NCBI GenBank assembly: GCA_964187785.1
Contig: OZ076411.1
Location: 84,506,001-84,570,000, forward strand
DNA length: 64,000 nucleotides
Reading direction: 5' to 3'
Origin: Amphiscolops sp. MND2022
Lineage: Eukaryota
Position 1 is the stretch's first letter, and every line of letters begins with the position of its first letter. The notes below the pieces were generated by a model. That model searched no databases. It was not told where the DNA came from and saw only the letters and a program-made list of their open reading frames with translations. This document shows positions 57,872 through 64,000 of the stretch, piece after piece. The position numbers were made by a program, and so were the translations under genes.

Positions 57872-58711
57872 CTAATTTAATGGAAGGGTGAAGGGTTCTG
57901 CTTTCTTGTAACTGTGGCAGATTGAGTATGTGTTGCCATCACAGGCGGACGCCTGGGACACTCCCCCTGGAATTAGCATGAAACAGCCCACTTTCATTCC
58001 TTCCAAGAAAGCTAGTCGTCTCGCGTTGAATTGCTCGGCAGATTCCCCCCGGACGGCCGTCTTGTGCAGATAATCTATGACCGCCTCGTCCTGAATCTGT
58101 TCCACAGATTTTCCACATACGAGACAATCTGTACACCCTGTAATATACGGGTTGTCTGCTGCGGTCGGTCCACGGAAGTGAATACCACCTTCGTGTCGTT
58201 GGGAGCTGCTAGAAGTGGCTTCTGCGGTTATCCTCCAGTCGCCCGTAGGATATTTATCGATTGCTGGGGGCGACATAGGTGTGTCGACCATTGGGATCAA
58301 TTGGCTGCACAAGTTAATTGGGTGGTCATTTCTAAGCCGTGAGTCCCTCGCAATTGGTCCTCTGCCCATTCCCAGCTCAAAGTACCCAGCGTCGAACATC
58401 GGTCCCGGCACGTATGCAAGCCTGGGAGTAGTAGCGCGAGTCACTTCTTGCTTTCCTGAAGCTGAGGGGATTTGAATTCCTGCTGAAGTCGATGGCAAGT
58501 CCAGTTGTCTTTCCACACATTGGGCCAAGAGGGCCATTTCATCGTCATCAGACAGGCTCTCTAAGTCATCCACGGACGCCCTGCTTGCGCACTCCATGTC
58601 GTCGTCGCTAGAGATGTAAATTACACCGTCTCCCGGGGCTGCTCCTTGAAAATCTTCAGGATAATACTCAGGGGACTCTGAGTCAAATTGACTTGCAAGG
58701 AATTTATTCAT
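57872..58711 (-). CDS. 279-aa protein of unknown function with an acidic SIM-like motif and a Cys cluster
   Basis: Intact ATG ORF, GC-rich relative to the intron background. Contains VIYISSDDD and CTDCLVC...C...CH. Confidence 0.65.
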   Translation of the reverse strand: MNKFLASQFDSESPEYYPEDFQGAAPGDGVIYISSDDDMECASRASVDDLESLSDDDEMALLAQCVERQLDLPSTSAGIQIPSASGKQEVTRATTPRLAYVPGPMFDAGYFELGMGRGPIARDSRLRNDHPINLCSQLIPMVDTPMSPPAIDKYPTGDWRITAEATSSSSQRHEGGIHFRGPTAADNPYITGCTDCLVCGKSVEQIQDEAVIDYLHKTAVRGESAEQFNARRLAFLEGMKVGCFMLIPGGVSQASACDGNTYSICHSYKKAEPFTLPLN

Positions 58712-59983
58712 TATTGCTTTTTTGGCAATCTTGGAAGTTATTAGTTTTAGGTTTTGAAGTTTGATAAGCAGCTGAATTTCGAGATTGAAACTGAAACAAT
58801 GGCGATTTCTTCCTCCGTCGACTAGCGGGATTTTCTTTTCAGTTTCCCGGGGTTTTGCCCTTCCCGGCTCACTAAATCCTCAATAACAAAATTCCTTTTC
58901 TTCGGCATCTTTCAACTAGCCGCTCGGTCTTCTTTGAAAATGCCGACTGAGGCTTTGTTGACTTACATCAACTCTATCAACACTTCCATATTAAGAGCGT
59001 CGCTTCAAGTGTTTATTAACACTCAACAAGCACTTAAAAGTTTCAAGAGGGTGAAGCTATGGCAGACGGCCACGCCGTCCATCAGCGTTCCTGATCAACC
59101 AATAGGAGTGCAGCAAAATTTCTCTTGGGTAAAAATGGCTTCCCAAGGTCGTAAATCCATAAGGAATAATATAAAATGACCTGAAATTAAATAAAATTTT
59201 GGTAAAATCATGAAATATTTAATAAAATGGTAAAGTTTCGAAATAAGATAAATGAAAGAATGTAGATATCGCTGGCAGACTCTATCCACATAATAGTGTA
59301 AATTATAAATATCTTGTAAATTTGACACCAAATTGTATAGCCACGAACTCCAACTTTGACATCTTGTCACATTGCCAATTCTCTTTTCAATTCATTATTT
59401 TCAAATTCTTTCCAGTTACTCTTTGTATTATCGTCCGGTATTTAATCATCTCTAGTCTTTTAGTCTTCTAGTCGTATTTACTCCGTATTCATTTGAAGTA
59501 GTCATTTGTAATTTCTTCCGATTACGTCTTTTGTGGATTTCTTGGGTCATCCTAGGACAATCGACACTGAGTCCCTTTTCGCTAATTCATCTCCAGCAAT
59601 CTTTCTTGTCCTTCATCAAAGAAGAATTTGTCTTCCCCTTACAACTGCTGCTGTATTGTCACCAGTCCAGCTTCGTCATCCTCCTCTACTGATCGCTCAG
59701 CTTTCAATTCAGTGACCACCAGTCTAACTGTACACAGTACTCCCTTCTCAAGACATCCTTCTGTGCATTCAAACAGGTCAGTAGCTTTTCAGGTTTTGTT
59801 TCTATTTTAGTATTGAATTAATCTGAGGCTTGATCAGGGCTCTCATTTCATTCACGTACTTCCTGTCCCATAACACAAGTGTTCACTTGCGTTCGAAATA
59901 TCTACTTCCGGAAGATTTTTAATGCGGTAATGGACTCTTTCTCAGGAAGTTATCCGCTTGAGTTTATCTCTTTCTGTTTAGAC

Positions 59984-62900
59984 ATGTCGTCCGAAGAGCA
60001 AAATGATATTGTTCCTGCCACCGCTACTGCATCCATGACTGAAGAAGAAGTTGCCATTCCCGAAGAAGTTGGTACCAGTCAGGCCACTTCGATCCCTGTA
60101 GACCCTGAGTCCACACAACTAGTGCCGTCAGGAGATAATCCTGATAAGCCTGCTCCAACCCCAAGCCCTTCTACGGATGATAGCATTTCCGCTTACATTC
60201 ACCGTCAATTGCAGACTTTGGGTTGCCAGGGCCTTGGTCTTGACATCTCCTTCTTGCCTCCTACCACATCTGCCATTGTAGACAATGTACTAAAGCCAAC
60301 CGCTGAGAAAGCTTCTGAGTCGGAGCCAATTCCCCAGGTCACGACTGGGTCACAAGACAAGGAGTCTCCTGAGGCTGAGATTGAGCGGGGCAATGATGCT
60401 GTCAGTGAAGCTGGATTTTCCGTCACCAAGGCGGATTACTTCCAAACAGATACCAGCGACGCTGAAGAATTGCTGGATAGTTCAGGTGCTGAAACCGTCA
60501 AGGAACCTCCTTTCTTGATTGCACTGGATGCGCTAAGCTCCACTGGGACTGAGACCCATGAGAATGTTAAGCCATCAACCTCGGCTGAGTTACCAAGCAC
60601 ATCTTCCCCGAAGCTCTTCAGTCCTACCAGGCCTCTATCTGCCTCTGCTCGAACGCTCATAAATCAGCATTTCAATGAGACCAACCCGTGCATCCTCCCG
60701 GTAGGCCATGCGACCGTAGCCTTCAATCAGGGGCAAGTCCATTCCATCTTGCGTGCCGTCTCCACGGAAACCATTACTTCTTCCCTACACCAAATGAAGA
60801 ACATGCTGGAAGAAGCGATCCGGGCGGGAATTCGCTCCCAAGGTACTCCTCAAGGATCCGGGAAGCAGCGAATCAAGATCTTCCGTAAGCAGAGCGGCAG
60901 CCTTGGATCAGGTGCGGAAGACAGTGACGTTGGGACTGAGGGGTACACTAGCGGAGCCCTCAGTTCGGAAGATGAGTTTGTCATCAATTCGCAAAGAACT
61001 GGCAAGGATCTGAGCATCAATCCCCCTCCAAGTCCTCCAGATCAAAGTTCGACATCAACACCTGGACCATCATCCGCACAACAAGTCCCTAGTCCAGGAT
61101 TCTGCTCAACCGACTATGAGCCTTTAGCCACATTGACCACTGACCAAGCTTCTGTCTCAAGTCCACCTCGCAAACGTCGTCGGCTTCCTGGACGCACAGG
61201 CAAAATAATGAAAGAAGCCTATTTCAAAGGAATTCAGTGGACTCGGACATTCGTCACCGGCCCCCTCGACCCAGAGCACAATAAACATAAGTTCTACTGC
61301 CAGATATGTAAGACGAACGTTTCCATTTTCTCAAAAGGAGCACGGGAGATTGTCCGCCATTTCCAGTGTGAGTCGCATTTCCGCAAAGATCAGCGCTGGA
61401 GATATGAGCACCTAAGGAAGAAGGACAAGGTGACTGGCCGGACTGTGTACGAAGTCAGAGGGAAGAAGGGCCAATTGTTGACTCCCTTAGAACTTGAGAA
61501 AGAGAAGCCTTTCTTCATGCAAGTTCCTTTGGTTGAAACTGGCAGCAGTAACCCCTTCCACGAAGATCATATGGCTGGCCTGGGCTCCATCGCTGGGCAG
61601 GAGGAGATCAGACTGTGCGTTCAAATCTCCATGGTTGCTCTCTTCGCTCCTCGTTGTGGAGATCTAAACGTCCTTGAGTCGCTATGGTCACAGATTGGCA
61701 CTGTTACCAACCATCAGAGTCTGTTCTCTCCTTACGATTGGGGCTCCTCCAAACTGACAGTAAGTATTGGCGATTTCTAGCCTCAGGGTCCTTTAGTCCT
61801 AACGTAGCCCCGATTCATTTTCATCCTGGTTAATTTTGTTTTAGACGATCTTTCATCACATCTTCCTCTGTGGCATCGCTGACATCGCGTATCAAGTCAG
61901 TGTTACGGGTCAGTACTCTCTGGAGTTTGAAATGCGAGGCACCTACAGCTTTGTCTCGATCCGGTTCTGGAAGGGCGAATCCCTCAATGTCGTCCGTTTG
62001 CTACGATACCGGACTGCTTCAGAGCCTGCAGCTGGTTTCCTGTTGGTACTTTCCCGCCTCTTGTCCGTCCTATCAACACAACCTCAGATTGTGAGCGTGT
62101 CTGGGTGTCCTGCAGAGGTGATTCCTCTTCTTGAACGTTCTTGCCTCTTCCAAAAAGGGATTGAGTACCCTTTTCGATTTGATGCTCTTTGTCTGCCGGA
62201 CCTGATGCATGAACGATGGGGCAGCGTGTTTGGCACTATCAGCTTCTTCTCTCAGTTGAAGTTTCTGGTTACATTCTTGGACGGTTGCGGTGGACAGCCC
62301 TGGGCCGCCCTAATGCCAGAATTCGTTAAGGTAAGGTCACTGTCCGTAAGACTGTAGGTCCAGTTTTGAATTGCCTCCAATAAGCATGTGTATTGTAGGC
62401 GATGACTACCTATCACCTGGAAATTGCCGCTGTACCAGCCATATGTTCGGAACTGATTGCGAACTGGAAGTCTGTGCACCAACATTTGACGAAGATAGCA
62501 CCACCACAGGTCCACCAGGGGGTCAAAAACAAGCCCCAAAGCCTCGAGTGGGAAATCATAGCTGATGATTTCTTCACCATCAAGCTGGAGTTCTTCGCAC
62601 GAATTGTCCGCGATTGTTAGTATATTGGTTTTCCTCTTGTCTACGGACCTCATGGTCTCAGTTTCTCTTACCACTATTTGAGGCTCATGCGAGATATAGT
62701 AGATTGACACGTTAGGTCTAATGGTGTCATAGGGACCCTTCAGGATGGTAATGTTTTGTTTTCCAGACACCAAGAGCTTCGAGAGTCAGTTTGCACAGCG
62801 AAGGGATAGTGGCTTCTACACCTTCCGAGAGTTCCATACTTTCATCCGCAAGTTGGCAGGTCGAGCACTACTTCCCAGACACGTGCCTGATATCCTGGAC

Positions 62901-63917
62901 TGGAAGTCGCTGGGCGATTTGCAAGGACAGAATTGGCGACAACTGTCTAATCGAGATTTCTTGAGTCGCTTGAAGCTCAAAGAAAATTTGGATGCCGCAT
63001 GCCATGCTCGCGTCAGGAGAATTTATAGCGAGAAGCAACTGACGCCTGAAGAGACGGAGACAGCAGCTGAGGCCATTCGGGACGATTTCGCCACCAAGGC
63101 CCGAGGTTACCTCGTCCATCTTTTGAAAGTCTTCCTTGCCGACATTAGTCTGAATGCTGGTATCGTAAGATGCCTGGGCAGTTTCGATCCAGTAGCCCTC
63201 CTGAGTCTGCCGCTTGAGCAAGCCACATATTGTTTCTCCGCTCTGTACAGATCCTTTAGTTTGCGAGGCTGGTTAGAGAATTCCCCAGAGACTGATGCCC
63301 GAGACGAGTACATCGATTTCGTGGAGTTCTTCCGCCAAGCCAACTCTGGAGTCAAGGATACCCCAGAGGTCTTCACCGACATGGTAGCCTTTCTGATTGG
63401 TATGCCTGAATTGAAGTTGCGGAAACATCTGTTCTACATCTTCCAGTTGAGTTGTCTGTGCCTGACTTCTAAGTTGCCAGAGCTCCGAGCCATCAAATTC
63501 TCTGGAGTTGATTGTAATGATCCCCGAAGTAGACTTTTCGATGTCATCATGCCTGCACAGTCTTACCTAGCTAATGTGGCAAATTCAGTGGCTGTGTGCA
63601 CTACAGAAGCTTCCCTGGGTACATTCAAAGATCTGGAATTCCGATTCAGTATTGGCAACGTCCCAGGAGACCCTTGGTCACACGTAGACAGTTTCGGCAA
63701 GGCTAATTTGCATAAAACCTTAATCGCAGTCTACAAAGCTCTGGGCAAGAGTGTCCGTCCTGACATCGAGTCCGCTTCCAATTCCTCGTCCAAAGAAGGG
63801 GGGAAACAACGTAAGCTGTCCACTGGTAAAGGCAAGAAAGTTGGCTTTCGGGCAGCTGGTGAAACTGAAGCCGCAAAGTCCAGTGATGCGAACGCTCCTG
63901 GAACTTCTAAATCTTAA
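59984..63917 (+). CDS. Spliced ~1209-aa protein: disordered N-terminus, NLS, BED-like zinc finger, hAT-transposase-like C-terminal region (exons 59984-61759, 61845-62330, 62399-62615, 62767-63917)
   Basis: Three GT-AG introns (85, 68 and 151 nt; phases 0, 0, 1) join four ORF-track segments into one stop-free frame. Contains PPRKRRR and FYCQIC...RHFQCESH. The distal part resembles hAT insertion/dimerisation regions from memory. Confidence 0.75.
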
Positions 63918-64000
63918 ATGTACAAAGAGTACATTTGTTTCTAGATTGTACTTGTTGTAAACTGCTTTATATTTATTTCTTCTTTGTTGCTTGTTTGCGT

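Overview
AT-rich, repeat-dense metazoan genomic DNA. The repeat and retroelement-leader style reminds me of acoel flatworms, but this is unverified. The backbone is a minus-strand Cys-loop ligand-gated anion channel gene. Four of its GC-rich exons are visible (54982-55240, 28660-28886, 3547-3675, ~2677-2954), splice phases are compatible, and two introns are ~25-26 kb. The 25-kb intron 3676-28659 contains an antisense, single-coding-exon SPICE1-like gene (4596-6119) and a full-length but decaying 16.07-kb Polinton/Maverick (adintovirus-like endogenous virus) at 10090-26158. The Polinton has AGTAGT...ACTACT ends, ~190-bp TIRs and a perfect 6-bp TSD (GTTAAG). It encodes a packaging ATPase, a DDE integrase with an N-terminal PHD finger and no C-terminal chromodomain, minor and major capsid proteins, an adenain-like protease, several conserved or unknown ORFs, and a protein-primed PolB. 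The PolB has N-terminal C2H2 fingers, an EndoVII-like module, a 60-nt spliceosomal intron and a 1.88-kb Helentron-type (HINE) insertion. The rest of the window is nested mobile DNA: about 14 copies of a DINE-1/HINE-like family, two further HINE families, hAT and piggyBac-type MITEs, three TSD-flanked solo LTRs that each carry an ORF running off the LTR end, and long palindromes. At the right end is a divergent gene pair: a SIM-bearing 279-aa ORF and an intact, spliced ~1209-aa BED-finger/hAT-like protein that seems to lack the DDE catalytic residues. No CRISPR array, rRNA or complete tRNA gene is supported.
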